A stretch of DNA of 62,974 nt, the filler included, from Octopus bimaculoides (Eukaryota): assembly GCF_001194135.2 (NCBI RefSeq). It is 4 parts of 4 records of this genome, joined end to end, with 100 filler letters (N's around TTAATTAATTAA, not from the genome) between each part and the next. Parts side by side here need not be neighbours in the genome. Positions count along the whole stretch, not along the records: positions 30,073 to 48,146 come from NC_068987.1; positions 48,247 to 53,987 come from NC_068997.1; positions 54,088 to 62,974 come from NW_026423379.1; 1 more part is not named here. One strand, written 5' to 3'. Below are positions 41,794 to 54,817 of the stretch, one piece after another (the first letter of the stretch is position 1; each line of letters begins with the position of its first letter). A program made the position numbers and the translations under genes. The notes below the pieces were generated by a model that was given only the letters and a program-made list of their open reading frames with translations, was not told the DNA's origin and made no database searches.

Positions 41794-42747
41794 TTAATGA
41801 TGATAGATGTATAAATTTTGACAAGGTGTGCTCCAGTTGTTTAGTCAATGGAAACTACCAAAATCATTATATTATAGTGATGTAATAAAGTGTTAAACAG
41901 CTGAGTATTTCACCAATCCTGGTACTCTTTAATGTAGTACTCAGATAGATCAGTATTATAAACTGTACAATGAATCTGCCCCTTTGAATAACAAGTACAT
42001 TCCATTCAATGAACTTCACCCAGTTTCCATCTATCTAATTTCATTCACAAGGCTTGGGTTAACCCAAGCTAGCAGTTGAACACACTTGCTCAAAGTGTCA
42101 TGCAGTGACAAACTGGACAGTGGATCTCATGTTTGCCATACACAAATGCACACAAACATAAATGCACATATATACATATATACACATGTATACACAAATG
42201 TATACAAGTACATAAAAGTAAATGCTCCAATTTTGATGTCGCAGCTGGTTTTGTGCCAACCAATGTTTATTGATTCCTGATTTCCTTTCAACCAGGAATT
42301 ATGTCATATAAATAAACATCATTGTGTGCTCCAGCTGATAAACCTTTCAATGTTCTTCTATCCTCAACGTTTAAAATGTGTTTTTTTTTTTTTTTTTGTC
42401 TTCTGCAGAACTACTCTCACTTTTTTCACTCATAATGCCATTTGAATATCAACCTTAGGTCAGTGAAAAACTTCTATGCTGTTGCTTGACCAGATAAAAG
42501 TAGCAACCAAATCTCCCTCAGACCTTATCATGTAAAAAAAAATACAAAAAGAAAGAAAAATACATTCCATAACATAGTCCAAGAAATTCCTAAAAATATG
42601 AGATAGTGACAGCTAGAATACCTTTTAACATCGGTATGTTCAACTATACCTGGGTCTAAACACAGCAAAAACAACAATATCAAATGAAAACCAAGGCAAG
42701 TTTGTATGTGGTCACCCAGTGTGCTGGAAATAACTGCTATGCTTCCT

Positions 42748-42985
42748 TTAACCCTTTTCTTACCATATTTACATTGAAATATACTGTCTTTGTTTCAATT
42801 AATTTTGAAAATAATGAAGAATTTATTAAAATGGCTTTATTCATTTTCAGGCTGATGTTTGGAATATAAATTAATATGAAGTTTTGTTGAAGCTTTTAAC
42901 TTAAAGCACTTAAAAAGTAAAAGAGGGAGTTTGTATCATAGAACTGGGGGTAGTTTCAGGCAAGCTGGTATTTCAAAATGGTTAA
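42748..42985. mobile_element. piggyBac-like MITE
   Basis: Starts TTAA|CCCTTTT and ends with a degenerate ...GG|TTAA. Its body aligns with a second copy at about 37193-37420 ending aaaagggtaaa. Confidence 0.55.
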
Positions 42986-43190
42986 AATAGCACCTTGCCA
43001 TTTTAATACAAATAGCTTATCTTAGATGATCTTGCACATCATATCCCATACATGATACATGACAGGAAAAAAAAAAGATGTGTCTTTCATCACAGGTCTG
43101 CTCAGTCAAAACCAGAGTGGGGTAAAACAACAATGACACCAAATGAAATAGTGACATGCACACAGACACAGGTAAAAAATAAAATAAATG

Positions 43191-43437
43191 CGCCCTTTTT
43201 AAAGCCTGGCCAGACTCACGGGCCCAGTTTCCCAGTTTCAATGGTGTATGTGTTCCCCAGCTGGACAGGACACCAGTCCATCGCAGCGTTACTCATTTTT
43301 GCCAGTTGAGTGGACTGGAGCAATGTGAAATGAAGTGTTTTGCTCAAGACCACAACGCGTTGCCCGGTCCAGGAATCGAAACCACAATCTTACGATCATG
43401 ATGCTGATACCCTAACCACTAAGCCACATGCCTCCAC
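43191..43437 (-). mobile_element. SINE family B variant
   Basis: Reverse complement of the family B tail and head. Confidence 0.8.
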
Positions 43438-43639
43438 TCACAGACACAGATAAAAAAAAAAGAGAAAATAAAGATTGTTTGATGTTCATAGCTGTCTCAT
43501 AGAATTGATAATGTGGAGGAGACTTTTAACACTTCAGAAGTTTCACTTTCCAACAAAGCAATTTTGCTTTTTACACTGTAGCTTTAGCTTGACACCCACA
43601 TAGACTAGCAACTGATGAGTGAAATGTACAATTTCCTGT

Positions 43640-43860
43640 AATTCAGATCACCTCATTGCCCCAGCAGACAAAATGGAAAAGACGTTGCTCCAGAGAATGG
43701 TGAGGAAGATGCACTGGAATATCCACTCTGAGTCAGGGGGCTCACACTTGCGGATAACTATCTCCACCCTGATAGTGGTGAGCAGAGATATGGTCCAGGG
43801 GCCGAGAACACCAGAGGTCTCCACTGCCACATAAACCTGTCAGAGAGAGACTGATAGAAC
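43640..43860 (-). mobile_element. C-terminal fragment of a CRE-like (RLE) non-LTR retrotransposon
   Basis: YQSLSDRF..VAVETSGVLGPWTISLL...DSEWIFQCIFLTILWSNVFSIL matches the F.P.AVET.G..GP...FQR.S.AI.RGNA.SIL end of CRE-type elements. Confidence 0.65.
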
Positions 43861-45112
43861 AAGGATTGAAATCAAGTCAAAGACTTAACTCTCTAGGCAT
43901 TTGTCTCTCTTCTATAATGTTCATTTTACCAAATAAAATATTAAGTACACATGTTATCCCCCAAGCAGACAGCTATTACTGGAAAGATATATCTGTATAA
44001 TATTTGGTAGGAATAGTAATTTGAATTTGGAATTGAGGAATTATAAGGGAAAAGAAACTTAGAATACACATATTCGTATTTTAATATATAATTCTTAAAA
44101 TTTCTATTTAGTAATTATCATGTTTGGCACTATTTCATTTTGTTAATCTTCAGCATTCTCCTTTCCATGGCTCTTTGTGTTGATCTTAATATATTTTCAA
44201 TGCTCTTGTTGATAGTCCATGCTTCTGATGTATATGTAATAGAAGACAGCATACACTGGTTAAAGACCTTTTCTTTTTTTAGACATATGGGCAAATTACA
44301 GCACATGACTTGGCATTAAAGTGATAACAATTCAGTAGCTCACTGATTCTTTATTAAGACAACAGTCTCAGTCTCTGTTCGTGTGGACTTGTTGACTCTC
44401 TACTATTTCTTTATTAAGCCTACATGTTCCTCTTTTCTTTCAATGCCTTCACTTCAGTCTTTTCATTACCACTTACTCTTCAATCCTCTGAAGTTAAAAA
44501 ACATAACTCAGTATTATCATTCTTTTGACATGTTTTCTAGCCAATACCACTCCTACTGTAATTTGAAATTAATGGAACTTACCCTCACCACAACCATTTA
44601 TTTTATTATCTAACTTTACTCAACGGGACCTCCTTAGCCATTCAATGTATATGTATAAAAAAAAATCCTGTTTAATTAAATATTATCAGGAATTGTATTT
44701 AATACTTAAAATATTTTCTGTATTGTAGAAGTATGACCAGTTTCTTGCACATAAAGTTTAACAACAAAATGTTATATGTACCCACAAGGGCCATGTGGAC
44801 CCCAGTTGAAAACCACTGATTTAGATAATGCCCTTTCCCCACTGACTGAAGAATAAAACATCTTTCTAATTTTGGCACAAAGCTAGCAATTTTGAAAAGA
44901 GGGATCCAATCAATTATATTGAGCCTAGTACTTCACTGGTACTTTAATTTATTGACAGAGTTGACCTTGGCAGGATTTCAGCTCAGAAGAAATGCCAGAA
45001 AGTGCCAGAAAAAAATGTTGCTAAGCATTTTGTCCAGCATCCTAAAGATTTGGCCAGCCCACTGGATGTTGAATGACAATGAATGGAAAAATAATATTTT
45101 TTGGTTTGCATA

Positions 45113-45526
45113 GGCGCAGGAGTGGCTATGTGGTAAGTAGCTTGCTTACCAACCACATGGTTCCAGGTTCATTCCCACTGCGTGGCATCTTGGGCAAGTA
45201 TCTTCTACTATAGCCTCGGGCCGACCAAAGCCTTGTGAGTGGATTTGGTAGACGGAAACTGAAAGAAGCCCGTCGTATATATGTATGTATATGTATATAT
45301 GTATGTGTGTGTATATGTTTGTGTGTCTATATTTGTCCCCCCCCTCCCAACATTGCTTGACAACCGATGCTGGTGTGTTTAGGTCCCCGTAACTTAGTGG
45401 TTCGGCTAAAGGGACCGATAGAATAAGTACTAGGCATCCAGAGAATAAGTCCTGGGGTCGATTTGCTCGACTAAAGATGGTGCTCTAGCATGGCCGCAGT
45501 CAAATTACTGAAACAAGTAAAAGAGT
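45113..45526 (+). mobile_element. Full-length SINE family A
   Basis: Aligns end to end with 30577-30975. Confidence 0.9.
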
Positions 45527-46974
45527 ATTTGTTTCTAAAACCTTATAATTATAACTAAATACATAAGAAGTAAAATTTAAATTCGCTTGGAAAACACAAG
45601 TTTGTATGATATTGTATATTAATCTCGTTTTCTTTCAATTTTTCTTTACCTTCAAATATTGAATCAAGTAATGTTTTGCTGAAAACTAAATACCCAGCAG
45701 AATATTTTATGATTAAATTTGTTAAAATATTACACACTTGATACTAATTTTCCACACTTGAAACTAATTTTCTTTTGCTATTTTTCTTTGTTTCTGTAAC
45801 TCTTTTCAACATTTCTGAATTTCCTATTCTCTCATGAGTATATGCTATTTTAATTCGTCAGCTTCCACACTAATTTTACTGGTCTTTTAATGAAAGAAAA
45901 TATTAAAATAAAACAAAACAAATCTTTTTTTTTGTAAGTGGATATCCATGCCTATTTACTATTGTGCTAGGTTTAAGGGAAATAACTCTATCGATACTAG
46001 ATTTAAATTTACATAAATAATTTTCTTTGAAATTTCCCCAAGAAACATACACACATTTTTATTTCTAATTCTTTGTGTTCCCATGCAAAAATGTGGAGTG
46101 CTAAACACATAATTGTTTTAAAATTATGTAAAAATCTGTTATAATTGTGTGGTGGCAAATCTTATTATTTACCTGTACTTAGGTTTTTCAGTGGTTGACA
46201 TAAGTGAACCCATACTCATTGGCAAGTCTGATATAATAAAATCGAACGGGGTGGTCAGGTCTATTTAAAAATGTTGGTTGGGCGCTTTTCAGTTGATCAT
46301 AGTTGTAATGGTGATTGGTCATATAGTTGGTAGTGACAAAAACTGATCCAAAGCCGTCATTCTTTGCCTCACAGAGAAACTCTACATTTTCTGTAACCTG
46401 GCTCAATTCTAACAAAAGATCCAAACATCAAATTCATCCAAACTCATATATATAAGGTCATGCTGACCAATTCCAAAGCAAACCCAAGCCTTGATGCTTG
46501 ATGAAAAGAATGGACTCCACCAACAATGCAACTAGCCATATGACCAATCACATGCATAACCATGCCACTAGTCACATGATCAACAACTGGATTAACTCTT
46601 AAGCAGAATCATCTGTTGATATCTGCTAGAATAGCAGACATCATTGACAATGTTAGCAACATTGTCTGCTTTTTACGTTCTGAGCTTAAATTCCACTGAA
46701 GTCGACTTTGGTTGATGTAATCTACTTAACCCTTCCCTCGAACTAGCTGGCCTTGTGCCACAATTTGAAACCAATATTACCAACAACATCACTGACTTCA
46801 CAACCAATCAAAAGGCACTCAGTACTTTTGAGTGTCTTGGCTGCACCATTTCATTACTTCAAACTCACCAATGAGTATGGTTGATTATAGTCAACTACAG
46901 GAAACTTTGTGACATAAAACAATAATCTAGTTTGCAAATCCACGATAATCTCTCAATTGTATAATTGAGAGAGA

Positions 46975-47337
46975 CGTGGCTTCCAGTTGATCCGATCAAC
47001 GGAGTAGCCTGGTCGTGAAATTAACGTGCAAGTGGCTGAGCATTCCACAGACATGTGTACCCCTAATGTAGTTCTTGGGGATATTCAGCGTGACACAGTG
47101 TGACAAGGCTGGCCCTTTGAAATACAGGTACAACAGAAACAGAAAGAAAGAGCGAGAGAAAGTTGTGGTGAAAGAGTACAGCAGGGTTCGCCACCATCCC
47201 CTGCCGGAGCTTCGAGGAGCTTTAGGTGTTTGGTGTTTTCGCTCAATAAACACTCACAACGCCCGGTCTGGGAATCAAAACCGCTATCCTATGACCGCGA
47301 GTCCGCTGCCCTAACCACTGGGCCATTGCGCCTCCAC
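46975..47337 (-). mobile_element. SINE family B (an older copy follows at about 47770-48080)
   Basis: Ends ...ccctaaccactgggccattgcgcctccac; body matches the 57125 copy. Confidence 0.88.
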
Positions 47338-48146
47338 AATTGTGAGAAAGAATATGGGTTAAATGAATACATGTTTTCAGTAAACATTTATTTTTAGTCT
47401 TGCAGTGTAAAGTAGACATCATCCTTAACACACATTTTTCTCTCTGTGGCCAGGAAATATTGATCGGTATGATTAGTTTCTGTTTCAAAATTTTATTACA
47501 GATTGGTCATTCATTTTCTGTCCAGAGATTATAGCTATTCATAGTATGCACACCCTCAGACATAACTAAATTGGTTTGTCTAATTTGCATATCAATGCAA
47601 ACTTAGGCGTTGTAAGTAAATTAATAGAAACACTATATAGAAACAAAGAAGAAATATCAGATAAACTTACAAGACTTTCTTCTTTTTTTCATAAAAGTAA
47701 ATACACCCACCCACTCACACATACACACACACGTACACACACACACACACACATCCTGGCTCTCTGTTGGTTATGATGATGAGTGTTCGAGTTGATCCAT
47801 TCAATGGAACAGCCTGCTTGTGAAATTAATGTGCAGGTGGCTGGGCACTCCACAGACATACGTACTATTAATTTAGTTCTCAGAGAGATTTGGTGTGACA
47901 CAGAATGTGACAAAGCCGACTCTTTGAATTACAAGTAGAATTTATTTTTGCCAGCTGAGTGGACTGGAGGAACAAGAAATAAAGTGTATTGCTCAACGAC
48001 ACAATGTGCTGCTGGAAATTGAACTCACAACCTTACAGTTGTAAGCCAATTGTCCCAGCCATTAAACCACATGCCTTCTCTCCTCTCCTCTCTCTCTCTC
48101 TCTCTCTCTAATCTATCTATCAATCTATATATATATATATATATAT

Positions 48147-48246
48147 NNNNNNNNNNNNNNNNNNNNNNNNNNNNNNNNNNNNNNNNNNNNTTAATTAATT
48201 AANNNNNNNNNNNNNNNNNNNNNNNNNNNNNNNNNNNNNNNNNNNN
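48147..48246. other. Artificial 100-bp assembly spacer
   Basis: 44 N + TTAATTAATTAA (48191-48202) + 44 N. Confidence 0.95.
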
Positions 48247-48316
48247 TATATATATACATATATATATATATATATTAAACCACTCTCACATCAAGCCTCA
48301 TCTGTGTGCATATGTT

Positions 48317-48347
<31 letters not shown>

Positions 48348-48543
48348 GTTTGTGTGTATATAAGGATAGATGTATATATATACATATATATATATGTATG
48401 TATATATGCGTGAGTGTATGTATATATGTATACACGTGTATGTGCGCATGAGTGTATGGTGAAAGAGAAGAGCTAGAAAATTGAATGATTGTGTAAAAGA
48501 TGGAAAGAGAGAGTAAGAGAGAAAGAGAGAGAGAGAGAGAGAT

Positions 48544-48607
<64 letters not shown>

Positions 48608-49479
48608 AGAGAGAAGGGGAGAAAGGAAAAGAGAGTATTTCAAGGAAGATTGCTTCAATTTAAATCAACAAATCTTGCATCGAAATAATTTTCTTCCGGA
48701 TTTTGAGCTTCATTAGAGAATAAACGAAACATATCTGCACGTAAAGACACGGAACCCACGAACAGATAAACCAGTCGCACATAGAAATTCATGCAACAGC
48801 GCTCACTTCTCAACACGGATTTATTGAATAAAGACACACGTATAATATCGAACCGTTTTGCATCTGTTTAAATTCACTGATATCTAGTTATACTGATGGA
48901 TGGATAATCACTTAAGATGGGAGAATAATATTGATGACGTGTATCAATAAGTTTCAATTTCTTCTAAACTCAAATATGTTGTTGTTATTTAGCCCAGATC
49001 AAACAAATCTACCATCAAAAGCAGACAATCCAACTGTGATTAACCCACCTTTTTCTTTAATGACTTAGTATATCTAGAACTATATAATCTAATGCATCCT
49101 TTATTTTTTTTAAGACAGTAAAGGAGAGATTTTGTATAATATTTCTACGTTGTTGAGAGGAGACCACTGAGAGGTAGCGTATCAGGTGGAGTGTAGTTGT
49201 TTAGTCCAATATCATTGATCGATTATAATGTTCCTTGGTTCCTTAAGACGGTAGGGTGTGATTTGAGGAAGATTTCGAACAGTTCGCGCAGAGACCACCT
49301 CTTGACTATTATAACTTCTTAGGTTAATGGAAACACCTTTAAAACTAAAGGTCATTTGATGGAGACAGAACAAGTGTCAATATTATCTGAAAAGCGATTA
49401 ACTGATAAAAACGGTGTTTAATTTGCACCTTAGAGAGGTTCGAAATTTTCTGCTTTGAACATTGTTATCTATGCAGCGT

Positions 49480-49880
49480 ATTCTGAAGTCTTTAGGTTTC
49501 TCTGAGGTTTTATCGAAACAATTGTTTTTTGTCGCGATATTGAGTTCAGAGTTTGTTCTTGAATTTGTACCAAGTTAAAGATGTTACTGTACACAACGAA
49601 TGCAAAACGAGAGTGTTCGTACGTTTTTTGTGGGCATTGGTGATGTACGCTCAGTGAAATAGTCACAAAGAAGACTCGAAAATCGTTCATGAAACCAGAT
49701 GGCTTTTTAGGAAAGACATTCGCTGAAACTTGCACCGGCAAATATCTAATGGAAAGACAAAATATATTTATTGGTGAGGGATCATCGTGGTTAAGTAAAA
49801 TGTTTAGTTGAATATAAATCGACTGTTTAGCAGGATTTAAGTATGCAATAAACTTGTGCACAGAAGCCATGATAGACAGA
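49480..49880 (+). mobile_element. Possible decayed hAT (Charlie/Buster-like) transposase fragment
   Basis: KTRVFVRFL...KIVHETRWLFRK...SWLSKM resembles the NSRLF..L / HTEVRWLSRG / WL.KL core; stops and frameshifts. Confidence 0.4.
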
Positions 49881-50832
49881 CTGTACTCTGAACTTGATTC
49901 CTAAGCAAAGTACAACTTAACAGTGAGCCTGTGCTGGTTACATTTTCACATTGAAATGGTACATTTTGCCGATCAGTTGTACCAAGCCATTGTGACGAAC
50001 CAATATCACCCCCCCCCACACACACACCATTCAGGCATATACTCACAGATGTATATTAATTCATAGACACAAGTGAGATTTATACACGTGGTTACTCGGT
50101 TGCTTAGATATTGCAGAAAATATCCTTTCATTTATAACTTCGCGCCTTAAAAAAAAAACAAGGGTGATCATGTTTTAGTGTTCAAGCTCCATTATCCTAG
50201 AAAATAGTAAAAAAAAAAAAGAAGATTGGATGGTCACAAGTAGAGTAGTTTTGATCAATCTTCTGTTCGACTACCGGGGACGACCTAGGGTCAAACAATA
50301 GCATTCTCCCCGAATTCTCCACTCGTTAGCAATTAGTCCAATATGTTATCGATTTAATCATCTTCTCTAAACACATACATTTGTATGCAAAAATAATGAT
50401 CTCGTTTGGGCTAACATGCGATTACACGATTCTGTTAATCTCTGAAAATGCGGTCAAGACTCTAAAAACATGTAGCAAAACCAATATACATACACGCGCG
50501 CGCACACACATGCACACATGCACACCCACATAGCCACACTCACACTTTCTCTCACACACACATGTATGTATACATGCATCCATACGTACACACGTACACA
50601 CATGTATTTCTTGTATATCGATTTATAGAAATTCGTAATGTAGTTCTTCTTCTTTATAATTTCTTTCTCTTCTTCGAGTCGGAGTCATTCCAAAAGTCTG
50701 AAGATAGATTGCATTCCTTACTAACTGTGACACGACCATTGTTACTGGTGTGTGGAACTGAATCAAATTTAGTTTGTTGTGGCAAGATACGAATATGTCT
50801 CAAAGGGATGTACATATTCGCGTTGGCACACG

Positions 50833-50874
<42 letters not shown>

Positions 50875-50919
50875 CACTTACATAGAAACATACGTTGATA
50901 CAAGGTACACACACACATA

Positions 50920-50976
50920 CATGTGCTCACACATACATGTGCTCACACATACATGTGCTCACACATACATGTGCTC
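50920..50976. repeat. 16-bp minisatellite (acacatacatgtgctc)n running into a gap
   Basis: Exact repeats visible. Confidence 0.9.
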
Positions 50977-51237
50977 NNNNNNNNNNNNNNNNNNNNNNNN
51001 NNNNNNNNNNNNNNNNNNNNNNNNNNNNNNNNNNNNNNNNNNNNNNNNNNNNNNNNNNNNNNNNNNNNNNNNNNNNNNNNNNNNNNNNNNNNNNNNNNNN
51101 NNNNNNNNNNNNNNNNNNNNNNNNNNNNNNNNNNNNNNNNNNNNNNNNNNNNNNNNNNNNNNNNNNNNNNNNNNNNNNNNNNNNNNNNNNNNNNNNNNNN
51201 NNNNNNNNNNNNNNNNNNNNNNNNNNNNNNNNNNNNN

Positions 51238-51297
<60 letters not shown>

Positions 51298-51559
51298 CTC
51301 TGAAGGAAAATGAAAATATTTCATTGCCGAAGTTCACATGTGTCATCGTCTACGTAACTCGTGACATGTATTTAAGTTTCTCAAAGTTATATGTTTATCA
51401 TAGAACAAAATCGATGTCTTTAATACTACACAACTCGCTAATATATCGAATACGCGTTTCGTTCCTTCTCTACGTTCCCGGTCAATTTATGTAGCAAACA
51501 TTCGTTCCAAAACGTCCAGTGTATCGATATACATCATTTTTACAAGAAAGAGATTGACA

Positions 51560-51727
51560 ATTGCGTTGACCCCCCTACTACTTGGCTGGTACTTTATTTT
51601 ATCGACCCCTACAAGATGAAAGGGAAATATGACCTCGACAAGATTCGAGATCAGAACATAAAGAGTCAAGAAATACTGTAAGTTAATTTTTACGCCGCTC
51701 TAACGATTCTGCCAGCTCATTTGCAAT

Positions 51728-51772
<45 letters not shown>

Positions 51773-51985
51773 CCTCTCTTCTATGGGCTCAAGGCCTGAA
51801 ATTTTGGGTGGAGGGACTACTTGACATCGACCCCTTTACTCAACTGGAACTTATTTTGCCGATCCCAAAAGGGTGAAAGGCAAAATCGACCACCTCCTGC
51901 GGAGTTTGAACTCAGAACGTAAAGGCAGACGAAATGCCGCTAAGCATTTTGCTCGGTGCGGTAACGATTCGACCAGCTCGCTTGA
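51560..51985 (-). mobile_element. Two tandem SINE family C copies (other copies at about 540-690 +, 35265-35385 -, 44930-45060 -, 46620-46780 + and 60130-60300 -)
   Basis: Reverse complement of the family C core (tggtactt...atcgaccc...gaaaggcaaa.tcgacc...gaactcagaac). Confidence 0.8.
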
Positions 51986-51989
51986 AAAG

Positions 51990-52007
51990 CATCAGCATCA
52001 GCATCAA

Positions 52008-52081
<74 letters not shown>

Positions 52082-52082
52082 A
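51990..52082. repeat. Compound (CAT)n(CAG)n trinucleotide tract at a SINE boundary
   Basis: Direct inspection; it gives false poly-H, poly-Q and poly-M ORFs. Confidence 0.9.
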
Positions 52083-52647
52083 GAACAAAACTGACAATAA
52101 GTTTCGCCATTTGAGTTCGGTGTGATAGTTCTTTTGTATTCCTGAATATAAAAGAGAACGCGAAGACGCTTGTAATAATGTGGTCGTTATCACAGATGCT
52201 AAAGAAGAGTTCTATCGATTGGGTACGGCAGAATGTGTATTAAAAGAGCGTTATGTGAGATCACGCCAGAATGTGTGCATTAAAATATAAACTAATATCA
52301 CCCAGTCAACGACAGCTCAACAATCTACGGTAACTAGGCTGGGATTTTGTTATAAACATGAATTAGACAAAGGGACAAACTACGGAAAGATTTTCTATTA
52401 AGAAAACTTCAGTCTGTCTTTCATACTGTCATACGAGTTCACACTGCTGCCATAAATAAAAGACCAAAATGATGCAAGATTCAAGAGAAGATGTTTTTTT
52501 TTATTTTGTTTAAATTTCAGTACCAGTTCGTTAACAAAATTTCTTCAACTCTCTTCTCAATTGTATGATATCTCGCCTGAAAAAAAAAAAGTTGTGCCAT
52601 AGAATACCTCGGCAGTCTGCACAATACTTTAACTTCGCAAAGTTGTG

Positions 52648-52683
<36 letters not shown>

Positions 52684-53017
52684 NNNNNNNNNNNNNNNNN
52701 NNNNNNNNNNNNNNNNNNNNNNNNNNNNNNNNNNNNNNNNNNNNNNNNNNNNNNNNNNNNNNNNNNNNNNNNNNNNNNNNNNNNNNNNNNNNNNNNNNNN
52801 NNNNNNNNNNNNNNNNNNNNNNNNNNNNNNNNNNNNNNNNNNNNNNNNNNNNNNNNNNNNNNNNNNNNNNNNNNNNNNNNNNNNNNNNNNNNNNNNNNNN
52901 NNNNNNNNNNNNNNNNNNNNNNNNNNNNNNNNNNNNNNNNNNNNNNNNNNNNNNNNNNNNNNNNNNNNNNNNNNNNNNNNNNNNNNNNNNNNNNNNNNNN
53001 NNNNNNNNNNNNNNNNN

Positions 53018-53049
<32 letters not shown>

Positions 53050-53797
53050 GTGTGTGTGTGTGTCGATGTAAATGTTTATGCGGTTCTTTGTTACTCTGTT
53101 CTCTTTGCGTAAACGTCTTCCATTTCCTTTCCGAAACCTCTTAAATAAACGGCGTTTCATACACATTCTGCTGCAATCATGAAACATTAAAGATATTTTA
53201 TACAAATTTCTTATCGATTTCTGTAACAATGCTCTTCATAGATCTCCCGCTTTTAAAATCTCTGTCTAAGAAATCCTTTGGTACGAAACACCAGGACCCT
53301 GAGTAATTCCTATAGTATTCGTTTTTCTTTCTTCCAGTATCTTGGAAAAGAGAAGTACTTCTGCACTCACTCACTCACTCACTCACTCCCACATTTACCA
53401 GCCGCAACTATGACAGTATACAATATCTGTCGCTCTCTTGATCACTTCTGGGGCGAACTCACTTCGCACAGCTCTGAAATATATTGTGCTTTTTAATACG
53501 AGACATCTGTAAAAAGAATTTTCCAGACGGAAAACTGCTGCTTCTGGCGTTTAAATAACACACTCATTAAACATGTGGCAATGACAATGTATATGTATGT
53601 ATGTATGTATGTATGAAGCTCAGGCAGCTTCAAACCATTGGCATTCATTTTACCGATGCCGTAATGTCCTCGTGCATCCCATGTCTCATGGTCTCTGCCG
53701 ACTCAGGCATTGAAATGAAGTGCGCGTGTGTGTGTGTGTGTGTCTGTCTGTCTGTCTGTATGTATGTATGTATGTATGTATCTATCTTTATATGTAG

Positions 53798-53966
53798 AAA
53801 TAAATAAATAAATGGAGTTAAACGCAGGTGTTATTCAAATTCTTTCACTTCCGACACATGTTTCGAAGATATCACTGGTATTATTCCAGTGATATCTTCG
53901 AAACATGTGTCGGAAGTAAAAGAATTTGAATAACACCTGCGTTCAACTCCATTTATTTATTTATTT
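53798..53966. repeat. Near-perfect palindrome: 81-bp arms, 7-nt loop, two mismatches
   Basis: 53798-53878 is the reverse complement of 53886-53966 except at two positions. Confidence 0.95.
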
Positions 53967-53987
53967 ATTTATTTATTTATATATATT

Positions 53988-54087
53988 NNNNNNNNNNNNN
54001 NNNNNNNNNNNNNNNNNNNNNNNNNNNNNNNTTAATTAATTAANNNNNNNNNNNNNNNNNNNNNNNNNNNNNNNNNNNNNNNNNNNN
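53988..54087. other. Artificial 100-bp assembly spacer
   Basis: 44 N + TTAATTAATTAA (54032-54043) + 44 N. Confidence 0.95.
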
Positions 54088-54310
54088 TGTCATGGAAAAA
54101 GTGTGACTGTAAAAATGCAGAATTATCGGAGTAATGAGTATTCAAAAAAGTATGTATGTATAGAAATGCATGAATGAAGTCTTTAAGGTTTAAGATTCAA
54201 ATTAAGGAAGTGCAATAATAGTGTTTAGTAGTTCAAAACTGTGAGTAGTGAAATGCAGAATGAGGTCGGCTGATCGTGAGAATCAAATATTGATTGCTTC
54301 GCTAAAATTT

Positions 54311-54740
54311 GCAGGTGGTATGGGTTATTTCCCTTGGGTTACTTAAATAAATTAGTAATATGAAGTAGATAGAAGGATCCATTGGAAGGGCCCTATTATC
54401 GATTTTTTTCAACAATCTAAGTATGTCACGAGGTTTCCAGACATGAGTTCTACTCACGTGTCAAATAAAGTATAAAAGTGACATTGTCTGCAAAAATTAG
54501 AAATAGGACACACAAAAAATCAATATTCAAAGTAATCGAATATGAACAATGAAATAGGCTATTTCCCTTGAGTGCTTGACAAAAATATTTTACAGGTGCT
54601 ATGGGTTATTTCCGTTGGGTGTTTCAAAAAATGTTATGAAGGAGATATAAAGGTCCCTTCCAGGGGCCGTATTATCGATTTTTTTCAACAATCTAAGTAT
54701 GTCATGATGTTTCCAGACATGAGTTCTATTCACATGTCAA
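54311..54740. repeat. Diverged direct repeat, period about 280 bp
   Basis: caggtg.tatgggttatttcc...tattatcgatttttt.caacaatctaagtatgtca...tttccagacatgagttcta occurs at about 54311-54465 and 54593-54740. Confidence 0.85.
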
Positions 54741-54769
54741 GTTTCATCAAAATCGACAAAACGATGTAG

Positions 54770-54817
54770 GAGGAGTTAGCTAACAACGCCACAAACAAAC
54801 ACACACCGATTTTCCAC
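54770..54817 (+). other. Candidate non-coding first (5' UTR) exon of the same gene
   Basis: Donor-like cac|GTATGT at 54818, about 210 nt upstream of the 55030 acceptor. No ATG is in frame with the downstream exon. The 5' boundary is a guess. Confidence 0.35.

Noticed and set aside
42408-42458. Strong poly-T acceptor on the plus strand
   Set aside because: All frames close before or at the nearest donor-like site.
46188-46424. 78-aa ORF as an Ig-domain-like exon
   Set aside because: No phase-compatible partner exon was found, and it lies within one arm of an inverted repeat whose other arm is not open.
50654-50810. Minus ORF ending DSDSKKRKKL (NLS-like)
   Set aside because: It begins in a (CA)n repeat, has a weak acceptor and has no partner exon.
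50920-50976. CRISPR-like array
   Set aside because: Contiguous 16-bp units with no spacers in a eukaryotic context; an ordinary minisatellite.
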